This document shows, piece by piece, positions 10,495 through 18,770 of a stretch of DNA of 64,000 nt. How positions within the stretch are numbered: position 1 is the stretch's first letter; each line of letters starts with the position of its first letter. The DNA lies in assembly GCA_035569355.1 (NCBI GenBank), contig DATMNF010000145.1, positions 1,645 to 65,644 of the forward strand, written 5' to 3'. The notes under the pieces are model-generated. The model worked only from the letters and a program-made list of their open reading frames with translations, was not told where the DNA came from and searched no databases. Source of the DNA: Steroidobacteraceae bacterium (GTDB taxonomy: Bacteria; Pseudomonadota; Gammaproteobacteria; Steroidobacterales; Steroidobacteraceae). The position numbers were made by a program, and so were the translations under genes.

Positions 10495-12209
10495 TTGCGA
10501 CGCAGATCAGGCGGCGCTCGCCGGCGCCGAGCGACTTCACGGCGACGGTACACCCCATACTGCAGCGCGTCTACGCGGCCCGCGGCTTGCGCAGCAATGC
10601 GGATTTGGATTTATCGCTGGACCGTCTTCTGCCGGTCGGTTCGCTCGACGGCGTCGATGCTGCGGCTCAACTTCTGGCTGCGCACCGTGCCGGCCGCGTG
10701 CTCGTAATCGGCGATTTCGATGCGGATGGCGCGACCAGCACCGCACTGATGGTGCGCGCTCTGCGCGCCATGCGTTTTGCGCACGTGGACTTCTTGGTGC
10801 CGAATCGGTTTCGTTTCGGATACGGACTCACCCCGGAGATTGTGGCGCTGGCGGCGACGCGCAGACCCTCGTTGATCGTGACCGTCGATAACGGAGTGTC
10901 GAGCGTAAGTGGGGTGGAGGCGGCGCGAGAAATGGGCGTGCCCGTGTTGGTGACGGATCACCATCTTCCGGGCGCCGTTCTGCCCAGGGCGGAAGTCATC
11001 GTCAACCCAAATCTGGCGAATGGCCGATTTGCGAGTCCCGCGTTGGCAGGGGTGGGCGTGGCGTTCTATGTCATAGCGGCCCTCGCAAGGAGTTTGGGGC
11101 AAAGTGATTTTCGAGCCGCGGAATTACTCGACTTGGTGGCTCTCGGGACGGTCGCCGACGTGGTGCCACTGGATCGCAACAACCGGGTACTGGTTGCACA
11201 GGGTCTGCGCCGCATTCGCGCCGGCCGTTGCGTGGCCGGCACGCGTGCGTTGCTCGAATCGGCGGGCCGGCGTTTAGGAGAAATCACGGCGGCCGATCTC
11301 GGCTTCGCCGTGGCACCGCGTTTGAACGCCGCGGGGCGGCTCACCGACATGAGCGTCGGCATTGCGTGCCTGCTCGCCGACGACCCTTCCGAAGCGCAGC
11401 GTCTCGCGGGCGTGCTCGCCAAGCTCAACGAGGAGAGACGCGAAATCGAACAACGCATGCAGCTCGAGGCGCTCGATATCGCGCGCGGCCTGCGTTTCGA
11501 CGACGCCGGCGGCGAGTCGCTTGGGCTGTGCCTGTTCGACGAGAGCTGGCATCAGGGTGTGGTCGGACTGGTCGCCGGCAGAATCAAGGATCGATTGCAT
11601 CGCCCGGTCATCGCCTTCGCGCGCGCCGAGGATGGTTCGCTGCGCGGTTCAGCCCGCTCGGTCGGCGGCGTCAATATTCGCGATGCTCTGGACAGCATTG
11701 CGACCCATCATCCCGGTCTCATCGACAAATTCGGTGGCCACGCGATGGCCGCCGGGATGAGCCTGCCGGAGGAAAACCTGCAGGCGTTCAGGGCCGCTTT
11801 CGCCGCCGAGATTGCGGCCCGCAACGATCGCGAATCGCTCGGCGGCGTGATTCACTCGGACGGTGAACTCACGGCTGCCGAGCTTTCGCTCGATACAGCC
11901 CGCGTGCTGCGTGGTGCCGGGCCTTGGGGGCAAGGCTTCCCAGAACCCGTCTTCGACGGCGCTTTTCAGATTCTCGATACGCGGATCGTCGGTGAGAAAC
12001 ACCTTAAAATGCAGCTAAGGGCGACGCATGATGCGGCCGGTGCCGGCGATCCACTCGAAGCAATCGCCTTTGGCTATATCGGCGGTGCGGCCGAGGATCC
12101 GGAGTTGCAGTGCGGCGCACGGATCCAACTCGCCTATCGGCTGGAGGTGAACGAGTACCGGGGCGTGGAGCGCGTACAGTTGAATTGCCAGCATTTCATA
12201 CTTGCTTAG
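10491..12209 (+). CDS. recJ: single-stranded-DNA-specific exonuclease RecJ
   Basis: DHH motifs (VIGDFDADGATS, TVDNG, VTDHH), DHHA1 (GGH.MAAG) and a C-terminal OB region. Start set at GTG 10491 by alignment logic with E. coli RecJ (..RR.....LP..L.R.YA.RG). Confidence 0.92.
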   Translation: MIATQIRRRSPAPSDFTATVHPILQRVYAARGLRSNADLDLSLDRLLPVGSLDGVDAAAQLLAAHRAGRVLVIGDFDADGATSTALMVRALRAMRFAHVDFLVPNRFRFGYGLTPEIVALAATRRPSLIVTVDNGVSSVSGVEAAREMGVPVLVTDHHLPGAVLPRAEVIVNPNLANGRFASPALAGVGVAFYVIAALARSLGQSDFRAAELLDLVALGTVADVVPLDRNNRVLVAQGLRRIRAGRCVAGTRALLESAGRRLGEITAADLGFAVAPRLNAAGRLTDMSVGIACLLADDPSEAQRLAGVLAKLNEERREIEQRMQLEALDIARGLRFDDAGGESLGLCLFDESWHQGVVGLVAGRIKDRLHRPVIAFARAEDGSLRGSARSVGGVNIRDALDSIATHHPGLIDKFGGHAMAAGMSLPEENLQAFRAAFAAEIAARNDRESLGGVIHSDGELTAAELSLDTARVLRGAGPWGQGFPEPVFDGAFQILDTRIVGEKHLKMQLRATHDAAGAGDPLEAIAFGYIGGAAEDPELQCGARIQLAYRLEVNEYRGVERVQLNCQHFILA

Positions 12210-12330
12210 ACGGGCTCTTGCGACGCAATATTTACAGATAGTTAAAATATTATTGTTAAGTAATTTTATTGAAATAAATCATTCATTTAGTCTCCATTTG
12301 CATCTTTAGCCATGACTGGAACAGATCCTC

Positions 12331-12359
12331 TTGCACTGCATACAAATTGGCGCTATAAT
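12331..12359 (+). promoter_or_regulatory. near-consensus sigma70 promoter of the phasin gene (TTGCAC-N17-TATAAT)
   Basis: TTGCAC at 12331-12336, a 17-nt spacer and TATAAT at 12354-12359, about 30 nt upstream of the GAGGAG SD and ATG 12390. Sits at the edge of a strongly AT-rich tract. Confidence 0.6.
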
Positions 12360-12389
12360 CGAGCCCATCATACCCACCGAGGAGCCATC

Positions 12390-12794
12390 ATGAGTGACAC
12401 CACCTTTGATCCCAAGACCATCTTCGAAAGCTATCGAAATGCTTTCGCGCCGGCGCTGAAAGCCCAAAAGGAAGGCGTCAAGACCCTTGACAGAGTAGGC
12501 CGGTACCAGTACGACGTGGCCGGCGATTACTTGGAGTGGGGCCTGGCTCAGGCCAAGGCGGCACTGACCGCGCAGACCCCCGCCGACTTCGTCTCCAAGC
12601 AAGTCGAACTCACGACCGCGCTCAGCGAAAAGCTGCGTGCCCGCGCGCAGGAGTTTGTCGCGTTGGCAACCGACGCTCAAAGCAGCTTCGTCGAAATGAC
12701 CAAGGAGTCGGCGGCCAAAGTTGCCGCTGAGACTACGAAGGTTGTCGCAGAGACTACGAAAGTTGCCGCAGACACCAAGAAGAGGGCGAGCTGA
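12390..12794 (+). CDS. phaP: phasin-family protein (PHA granule-associated)
   Basis: 134 aa, all-helical and Ala/Lys/Glu-rich. YRNAFAPALKAQKEGVKTLDRV...DYLEWGL...A.TP.DF is typical of the Phasin_2 family. SD GAGGAG lies 5 nt upstream. Adjacent to a thiolase. Confidence 0.82.
   Translation: MSDTTFDPKTIFESYRNAFAPALKAQKEGVKTLDRVGRYQYDVAGDYLEWGLAQAKAALTAQTPADFVSKQVELTTALSEKLRARAQEFVALATDAQSSFVEMTKESAAKVAAETTKVVAETTKVAADTKKRAS
12720..12782 (+). repeat. 3 x 21-bp in-frame tandem repeat in the phasin 3' end (VAAETTK heptads)
   Basis: gttgccgctgagactacgaag / gttgtcgcagagactacgaaa / gttgccgcagacaccaagaag read directly from the sequence. Confidence 0.75.
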
Positions 12795-12806
12795 TATCCT
12801 GCGAGG

Positions 12807-12833
12807 GAGCGGGGCGTTGCGAGCGCCCCGCTC
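12807..12833 (+). terminator. GC-rich stem-loop between phasin and thiolase genes (possible partial terminator or attenuator; no U-tract)
   Basis: GAGCGGGGCG (12807-12816), 7-nt loop, CGCCCCGCTC (12824-12833): a perfect 10-bp stem, but it is followed by GATAACC rather than a T run. Confidence 0.4.
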
Positions 12834-12853
12834 GATAACCGGAGGAGAAGCAC

Positions 12854-14029
12854 ATGAACGATGTAGTCATTACGGCGGCGGTGCGGTCTGCAGTCGGCAA
12901 ATTCAACGGAACCATTGGCAAGGTGCCGGCCGCGGATCTGGGCGCCCAAGTCATCAGAGCGCTGCTGGCGCGATCCCAAGTGCCGCCGGAACAAATTTCC
13001 GAGGTGATCATGGGGCAGGTGCTCACCGCCGGTGTCGGCCAAAACCCCGCTCGACAGGCGCTCATCCGTGCCGGCCTGCCGGATAGCGTGCCGGGAATGA
13101 CGATCGGCAAAGTTTGCGGCAGCGGACTCAAGGCAACCCATCTGGCCGCGCAGGCGATCAAGTGCGGCGATGCGGACATCGTCATCGCAGGCGGACAGGA
13201 GAACATGAGTGCCTCCCCTCATGTGCTGCAAGGCTCCCGCGACGGATTTCGCATGGGCGATGCCAAGCTCGTCGATACCATGATCACGGACGGGCTTTGG
13301 GACGTCTACAACAACTATCACATGGGGACGACGGCGGAGAACATCGCGAAGAAATACGAGATTTCTCGCCGCGACCAGGATGAATTCGCCGCCGCTTCCC
13401 AGCAGAAAGCCGAGGCGGCGCAGAAAGCGGGCCGCTTCAAGGCTGAGATTGCGGCGATCGAAATCGCCACGCGCAAGGGGACAACCTTGTTCGAGACCGA
13501 CGAATACATCCGGCCGGGCACAACGGTCGAAGCGCTCGCCGATCTCAAGCCCGCCTTCAGCAAGGACGGCACGGTAACCGCGGGGAATGCTTCCGGCCTC
13601 AATGACGGCGCCGCCGCCGTGATGATGATGTCGGCGCGCAAGGCCAGCGAGCTGGGCCTCAAGCCGTTGGCCTGGATTCGAGCTTACTCATCCGCAGGCG
13701 TGGACCCGAAATTCATGGGCATGGGCCCGGTGCCGGCGAGCCAGTTGTGCTTGAAGAAGGCGGGCTGGACGCATCAGGACCTCGACCTGATGGAGATCAA
13801 CGAGGCGTTTGCCGCGCAGGCGATCGCCGTCAACCGGCAAATGGGCTGGGATACGTCGAAAATCAATGTCAATGGCGGCGCCATCGCCATCGGTCATCCG
13901 ATCGGCGCATCGGGTTGCCGTATTTTGGTGACCCTGCTGCACGAGATGATCCGCCGCGACGCACACAAGGGACTCGCGGGCTTGTGCATCGGCGGCGGCA
14001 TGGGTGTTGCGCTCGCAGTCGAACGTTGA
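12854..14029 (+). CDS. phaA: acetyl-CoA C-acetyltransferase (beta-ketothiolase)
   Basis: MNDVVI..A.R.A.GKF.G; active-site regions [30 protein letters not shown] and CIGGGMG. 391 aa. The phaA symbol is inferred from adjacency to the phasin. Confidence 0.9.
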   Translation: MNDVVITAAVRSAVGKFNGTIGKVPAADLGAQVIRALLARSQVPPEQISEVIMGQVLTAGVGQNPARQALIRAGLPDSVPGMTIGKVCGSGLKATHLAAQAIKCGDADIVIAGGQENMSASPHVLQGSRDGFRMGDAKLVDTMITDGLWDVYNNYHMGTTAENIAKKYEISRRDQDEFAAASQQKAEAAQKAGRFKAEIAAIEIATRKGTTLFETDEYIRPGTTVEALADLKPAFSKDGTVTAGNASGLNDGAAAVMMMSARKASELGLKPLAWIRAYSSAGVDPKFMGMGPVPASQLCLKKAGWTHQDLDLMEINEAFAAQAIAVNRQMGWDTSKINVNGGAIAIGHPIGASGCRILVTLLHEMIRRDAHKGLAGLCIGGGMGVALAVER

Positions 14030-14078
14030 CCCGCTCATCCAGCGGTCAGCCGCGCGGCGGCTCGGCGTGGCGCACTCA

Positions 14079-14103
14079 GCGCAGCGCGGGCTCAGCGCTG
14101 CGC
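14079..14103. terminator. stem-loop at the convergent thiolase/acs junction
   Basis: GCGCAGCGC (14079-14087), 7-nt loop, GCGCTGCGC (14095-14103). The right arm overlaps the acs stop region. No T-tract, so function is uncertain. Confidence 0.3.
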
Positions 14104-16050
14104 GGCGCTCGTAAGGGCATGCTCCTTGATCAGTTGCTCCACCACGCTCGGATCCGCAAGCGTTGAAATGTCTCCGAGCTGATCGTGTTCGTCGGCGGCG
14201 ATTTTTCGAAGGATGCGGCGCATTATCTTGCCCGACCGAGTCTTCGGAAGTCCGGGCGCCCATTGGATGACGTCCGGCGTTGCGATCGGACTGATTTCTC
14301 GACGCACCCAGTCCCGAAGCTCGACCCGCAAGGGCTCGCTCGGTTCAGCCCCGGAGATCAAGGTCACGTAGACGTAAATGCCTTGCCCCTTGATGGCGTG
14401 CGGGAATCCGACCACGGCGGCCTCTGCCACTTGAGCATGAGCAACCAAGGCGCTTTCGATTTCCGCCGTCCCCAACCGATGACCGGCGACATTGATCACG
14501 TCGTCCACCCGGCCCGTGATCCAGTAGTAACCATCTTCGTCGCGGCGCGCGCCGTCGCCGGTGAAGTAGGTACCGGGAAAAGTTTTGAAATAAGTGTCGA
14601 TAAATCGTTGGTGGTCGCCGTAAACCGTGCGCATTTGTCCCGGCCAACTATCGAGCAGCACGAGATTGCCTTCGCAAGCGCCATGCTGCACGCGCCCCTC
14701 GCTGTCGACGATCGCAGGCTTCACGCCGAAAAACGGCAGCGTAGCAGACCCAGGTTTGAGGTCTATCGCCCCCGGCAGCGGGGTAATCAGAATCCCGCCC
14801 GTTTCCGTTTGCCACCAGGTATCGACGATGGGACAGCGGCCGTCGCCGACGACGCGGTGATACCATTCCCACGCTTCGGGGTTGATCGGTTCGCCCACCG
14901 AGCCCAACAGGCGCAGTGATTTGCGGGACCAGGCTTTCACCGGCGCTTCGCCCTCGCGCATGAGCGAGCGGATCGCGGTGGGCGAGGAATACAATATCGT
15001 CACTTTGTGCTTGTCCACGACTTGCCAGAATCGGCCCCAATCGGGGTAATTCGGCACTCCTTCGAACATCACCGTGGTCGCGCCGTTGGCAAGAGGTCCG
15101 TATAGGATGTAGCTGTGGCCGGTAACCCAACCGATGTCCGCAGTCGCCCAATAAATGTCCTCCTCGCGCAGGTCGAATACCATCTGATGCGTGTACGAGG
15201 CGTATACGAGATACCCGCCGGTGGTGTGCAGAACCCCTTTGGGCTTGCCGGTCGATCCGGATGTGTAGAGGATAAAGAGCGGGTCTTCCGCATCCATCGC
15301 GGTGGGCGGACAGGATTTCGCTTGCTGTGCGGCGAGCTCGTCATACCACTGATCACGCGGCGCGTGCATCGGGACATGCGTCCCCGTGCGGCGCACCACC
15401 AGCACGTGCTTGACGCAATCCGTACCCTTGATGCTCACCGCCCCATCGACATATTGCTTGAGCGGTATGCGCTTGCCGCCGCGCAGTCCTTCATCCGCGG
15501 TGATCACGACGGTCGACCCGCAGTCGGCAATGCGGCCGCCCAGCGATTCGGAGGAAAAACCCGCGAATACGACCGAGTGGATCGCCCCGATTCGCGCGCA
15601 GGCGAGCATCGCAACCGCGATCTCCGGGATCATCGGCAGATATATCGTGACGCGGTCGCCCTTGATCACCCCCAACGACTTCAAGACGTTTGCGCACTGG
15701 CAAACGCGCTCGTGAAGCTCACGATAGGTGATGTGTTGCGCGCGCTTCGGATCATCCGATTCCCAGATGATCGCGGTTTTGTCGCCGCGAACCGCCAAGT
15801 GACGATCCAAGCAATTGCTCGCGACATTGAGCCTGCCGTCGTGGAACCAGCGGATGTGAAAATCGCTCTCGGCGAAGCTCGTGTCTTTGACGCGGGAGAA
15901 TTCCTTGATCCAATCGATGCGACGGCCGATTCGAGCCCAGAAGCGCTCCGGGTCCTCGACGGACTCCGGGTACAATCGCTCGTAGTCGGATCGTTTGACC
16001 TGGGCCGACGCCGCAAAGCTTTCTGGAACGGAGTAGAGAGTCTTGTTCAT
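14092..16050 (-). CDS. acs: acetyl-CoA synthetase (AMP-forming)
   Basis: 652 aa with FW......[37 protein letters not shown] and [12 protein letters not shown] motifs. Confidence 0.95.
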   Translation of the reverse strand: MNKTLYSVPESFAASAQVKRSDYERLYPESVEDPERFWARIGRRIDWIKEFSRVKDTSFAESDFHIRWFHDGRLNVASNCLDRHLAVRGDKTAIIWESDDPKRAQHITYRELHERVCQCANVLKSLGVIKGDRVTIYLPMIPEIAVAMLACARIGAIHSVVFAGFSSESLGGRIADCGSTVVITADEGLRGGKRIPLKQYVDGAVSIKGTDCVKHVLVVRRTGTHVPMHAPRDQWYDELAAQQAKSCPPTAMDAEDPLFILYTSGSTGKPKGVLHTTGGYLVYASYTHQMVFDLREEDIYWATADIGWVTGHSYILYGPLANGATTVMFEGVPNYPDWGRFWQVVDKHKVTILYSSPTAIRSLMREGEAPVKAWSRKSLRLLGSVGEPINPEAWEWYHRVVGDGRCPIVDTWWQTETGGILITPLPGAIDLKPGSATLPFFGVKPAIVDSEGRVQHGACEGNLVLLDSWPGQMRTVYGDHQRFIDTYFKTFPGTYFTGDGARRDEDGYYWITGRVDDVINVAGHRLGTAEIESALVAHAQVAEAAVVGFPHAIKGQGIYVYVTLISGAEPSEPLRVELRDWVRREISPIATPDVIQWAPGLPKTRSGKIMRRILRKIAADEHDQLGDISTLADPSVVEQLIKEHALTSAAQR

Positions 16051-16170
16051 GTCTCTTTGTCCTTCAGGTTCCTAGTGTCGCAAAAGGACCCTTCTATCGG
16101 GCCATCATCTGCACATCCTGCTCATGCGTCAAGTTTGGCGCGCGGCGCGGTGGCGTGCTTAAATTCGCTC

Positions 16171-16923
16171 GTGAGCGATCCTTCCGGAAGCTTGACGCGG
16201 CGAGGCTTTTTGTCCCTGGGCGCTGCCGTGCTTTGTGCGCCGCGCGCCTTCGGTGAGGCGCCCGGCGCTAGTGTTGCAGACCTGCCCCGCGAGGTCGCCG
16301 GGGTTGCGATCCCGCGTACACGATATACGATTCTCGCTGCGAGCTACGCCCGGCAACACCAGCCCGACTTTCTGTTCAATCATTGCATGCGCACGTTCGT
16401 GTTCGGCGCTTTGCATGTGGAAAACATGGGGCTGCGCTACGATGCCCAGGACGCGTTCATCGCGGCGGCGCTGCATGATCTGGGGTTGTTGCCGGCTTTC
16501 GCCTCCGAGAGAGGATCGTTCGAAATCGATGGGGCAAATGCCGCGGAGAAATTCGCCAACTCGATGGGGCTATCCGGGCGCCATGCCGACGTCATTTGGC
16601 ACGGTGTCGAAATGCATGACGGCAAGTGGGCGCTGACCTCGCGCCAAGGGCCTGAGGCGATGCTCGTATCGGCCGGCGCCGGGGCCGACGTCGACGGGCC
16701 CGACGAGGACACGGGGGACCGGCGCAGGATTGCGGAAGTGGTCGAGGCGTTCCCCCGGCTTCAGTTCAAGACGCGATTCACGGCGCTGCTGGAGGATCAT
16801 TGCCGGCGCAAGCCTTTGTCGCAACGATCGACCTGGCTCGAAGGACTGTGCAGGAACACTGCGCCGTCGGCGTGGACGGAGACCGTAGAGCACGAGATTG
16901 CCGCGGCGCCCTTCGCGGAATAG
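16171..16923 (+). CDS. HD-domain protein with twin-arginine (Tat) signal peptide (cyanamide-hydratase-like HD family)
   Basis: GTG start. SGSLTRRGFLSLGAAVLCAPRAFG-EA is a classic Tat signal. HD core: FNHCMRTFVFG.......D....AAALHDLGL. The upstream part of ORF 15115..16923 is antisense to acs and is rejected. Confidence 0.7.
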   Translation: MSDPSGSLTRRGFLSLGAAVLCAPRAFGEAPGASVADLPREVAGVAIPRTRYTILAASYARQHQPDFLFNHCMRTFVFGALHVENMGLRYDAQDAFIAAALHDLGLLPAFASERGSFEIDGANAAEKFANSMGLSGRHADVIWHGVEMHDGKWALTSRQGPEAMLVSAGAGADVDGPDEDTGDRRRIAEVVEAFPRLQFKTRFTALLEDHCRRKPLSQRSTWLEGLCRNTAPSAWTETVEHEIAAAPFAE

Positions 16924-16928
16924 CTGAA

Positions 16929-17924
16929 TCAGCGGCTCGAGGCGATCAAGATTTCGTCGCCGCTCAACTGGTAGGTGAGCGAGGTCGCCGCCAGAACATT
17001 GGCCAGCGCGTCCAGCGGAGTCTGGCCTCGTACCGAGCCATAAAGGATCGTGCGGTCGGCAACCTCGCGCGCGTGCGCGCCGTCGAAATCGACTCGGCGC
17101 CCCAGTTCGCGTCCCACCCATTGTAAGAAGCCCATGAGCGGTTGTCCTTCGACCGCGTAGTCCGGTGCGAGCGCAGCCGTCCAAGCCCAGTCGGCGCCAT
17201 AGTTGTCGATCGATCGAAGTACTACCTCGTTTCCCGGCGTCGCGAGAAGCTCCGTGCCCGCGTCCGCCACGAAGGTGCTGGATCGGCTATGAAAGCGAAT
17301 GCGCCCTTCCCGAACCCGTATGCGTACCTGCTGATCATCGCTCATGACCTCGAATTCGGTGCCAATGTGCTCTATCGCGCCCTGGCGCGTGGTGATCCGC
17401 AGCGGATTCGAGAGGGCGGCGGGACCCAACGGGACATCGAGATAAATCAGGCCGCGTTCCAAGGATAGCTGTGTCGAGGCCGTCACGCCCAAAGTACTGC
17501 CGGCTGCGACGCGCAGCGTGCCCCCGCGAGCAAGCGTGAAGAGCACCGCACCTCGCGTCGTAAATCGGTCGCCGACACGCAGCGCCTCCCCCGTCGCAAG
17601 AGTCCGGTGGCGGAATAACCCGCTGCTTACTTCCGGTGAGCCGCCGTTGGCCCGCGTCAAGAAGCCGATTGACGCGCCTTGATTCGACGGTCCCCGCACC
17701 AACGGCAGGACGCTCACCGCGGCAAGCAAGGCAGCGGCGGGGAGCGCAATCCAGAGGGAGCGCCGCGGGACAGCCGGCAACCGAATCCCGGGAGCCGGGG
17801 CAGTTGCGCGCCACTCCCGCGCGACGGCCGTGCGAACTCGCGCGAGACTCGCCTCGCTCAGAGGCGGCGTAGAGAGCGCGCCGTTGAGCACCGTATCGGC
17901 GAAGGAATCAGGCCGGTCGGTCAT
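16929..17924 (-). CDS. FecR-family anti-sigma factor / transmembrane sensor
   Basis: Short cytoplasmic N-terminus, one TM helix (LWIALPAAALLAAVSVLPLV), a periplasmic FecR domain and a C-terminal DUF4974-like domain. Its start overlaps the sigma gene stop (ATGA). Confidence 0.82.
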   Translation of the reverse strand: MTDRPDSFADTVLNGALSTPPLSEASLARVRTAVAREWRATAPAPGIRLPAVPRRSLWIALPAAALLAAVSVLPLVRGPSNQGASIGFLTRANGGSPEVSSGLFRHRTLATGEALRVGDRFTTRGAVLFTLARGGTLRVAAGSTLGVTASTQLSLERGLIYLDVPLGPAALSNPLRITTRQGAIEHIGTEFEVMSDDQQVRIRVREGRIRFHSRSSTFVADAGTELLATPGNEVVLRSIDNYGADWAWTAALAPDYAVEGQPLMGFLQWVGRELGRRVDFDGAHAREVADRTILYGSVRGQTPLDALANVLAATSLTYQLSGDEILIASSR

Positions 17925-18544
17925 GACTGCGACGCCTCGTGGCCGATATCCGCGCCGTTCCTGAACCACTGCCGCCGAAACGCGTCCCTTGCCCGCGCGA
18001 GCACCGACTGGGCCGCGATTGCGGTAACCCCAAGTTGTCGGGCAATCTCCTCTACCGATCGGCCGTCGCCATACTTGGCTTCCAGCGCAAGCGCATAATT
18101 CTCCGGCAGACTGAGCAACACTTTCATGACCGCCGTTCGCCGTGCGGCGACGTGCAGTTCCGACAATGGATCGAGGTGCTCGGGCGCGCGCAGCTGCGGC
18201 TCCAGCAGCGCACTGGCCTCCGATTCATCGAGACTGAAGTGGGCGGGCCGCCGCGCTGCTTTACGGTGCACATCCGCCAACTCGTGGCGGCAGATTTCGG
18301 TGAGCCAGGTGAACAGCGCCGCTTCGCCCCGATAGCTCGCGAGATTGCGGACGGCCTTGATCAATGCACACTGAACAACGTCTTCCAAACTGGCTGGATC
18401 CAGCGCCGACCGTCGTGCGATAAATGCCACGAGGCGCGGCGCGCTCGCGTTGAAGAACTCATCGAAGGCACGCTGCTCCCCCGCGCGCATGCGTGCCACC
18501 AACGCGCGATCAGCTTCGTGCAGCACCCTGTGCGTCCTTCGCAA
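17921..18544 (-). CDS. ECF (sigma-70 family, group 4) RNA polymerase sigma factor
   Basis: Region 2 (LVARMRAGEQRAFDEFF....RLVAF, DVVQ.ALIKA.RNL.SYRGEAALFTWL..I) and region 4 (YGDGRSVEEIARQLGVT...AQSVL.RAR). Immediately upstream of the FecR gene. Confidence 0.85.
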   Translation of the reverse strand: MRRTHRVLHEADRALVARMRAGEQRAFDEFFNASAPRLVAFIARRSALDPASLEDVVQCALIKAVRNLASYRGEAALFTWLTEICRHELADVHRKAARRPAHFSLDESEASALLEPQLRAPEHLDPLSELHVAARRTAVMKVLLSLPENYALALEAKYGDGRSVEEIARQLGVTAIAAQSVLARARDAFRRQWFRNGADIGHEASQS

Positions 18545-18770
18545 CGATCGTTCAGGGTTGTGAGCTTAGACGGCACAGGAGCCACAAATCAATCCAATGG
18601 ACGTTATCCAAACCCGAAATACCTGTCCCGGCTCCGCGCTTCCTCCGTGCATTTCACATAAGAAGCAACTTTGGATCCGCTCCTTCTCCCAGCGCACGCG
18701 GCTGGCGCGGAATACTCAAACAGGCTCCCGGGTATACTGCCGCGCAGGCCAGCAAGGCCTGTCAGATCGG

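Noticed and set aside
15115-16170. N-terminal 350 codons of ORF 15115..16923
   Set aside because: This part is antisense to acs. Only the segment from the Tat signal (GTG 16171, or GTG 16150) onward looks like a real protein.
18597-18770. Longer N-terminus (844 aa) for the TonB-dependent receptor
   Set aside because: The extra 58 residues are Arg/Gln/Ser/Cys-rich and precede a good signal peptide that begins at ATG 18771. The leader more probably holds the ECF-dependent promoter.
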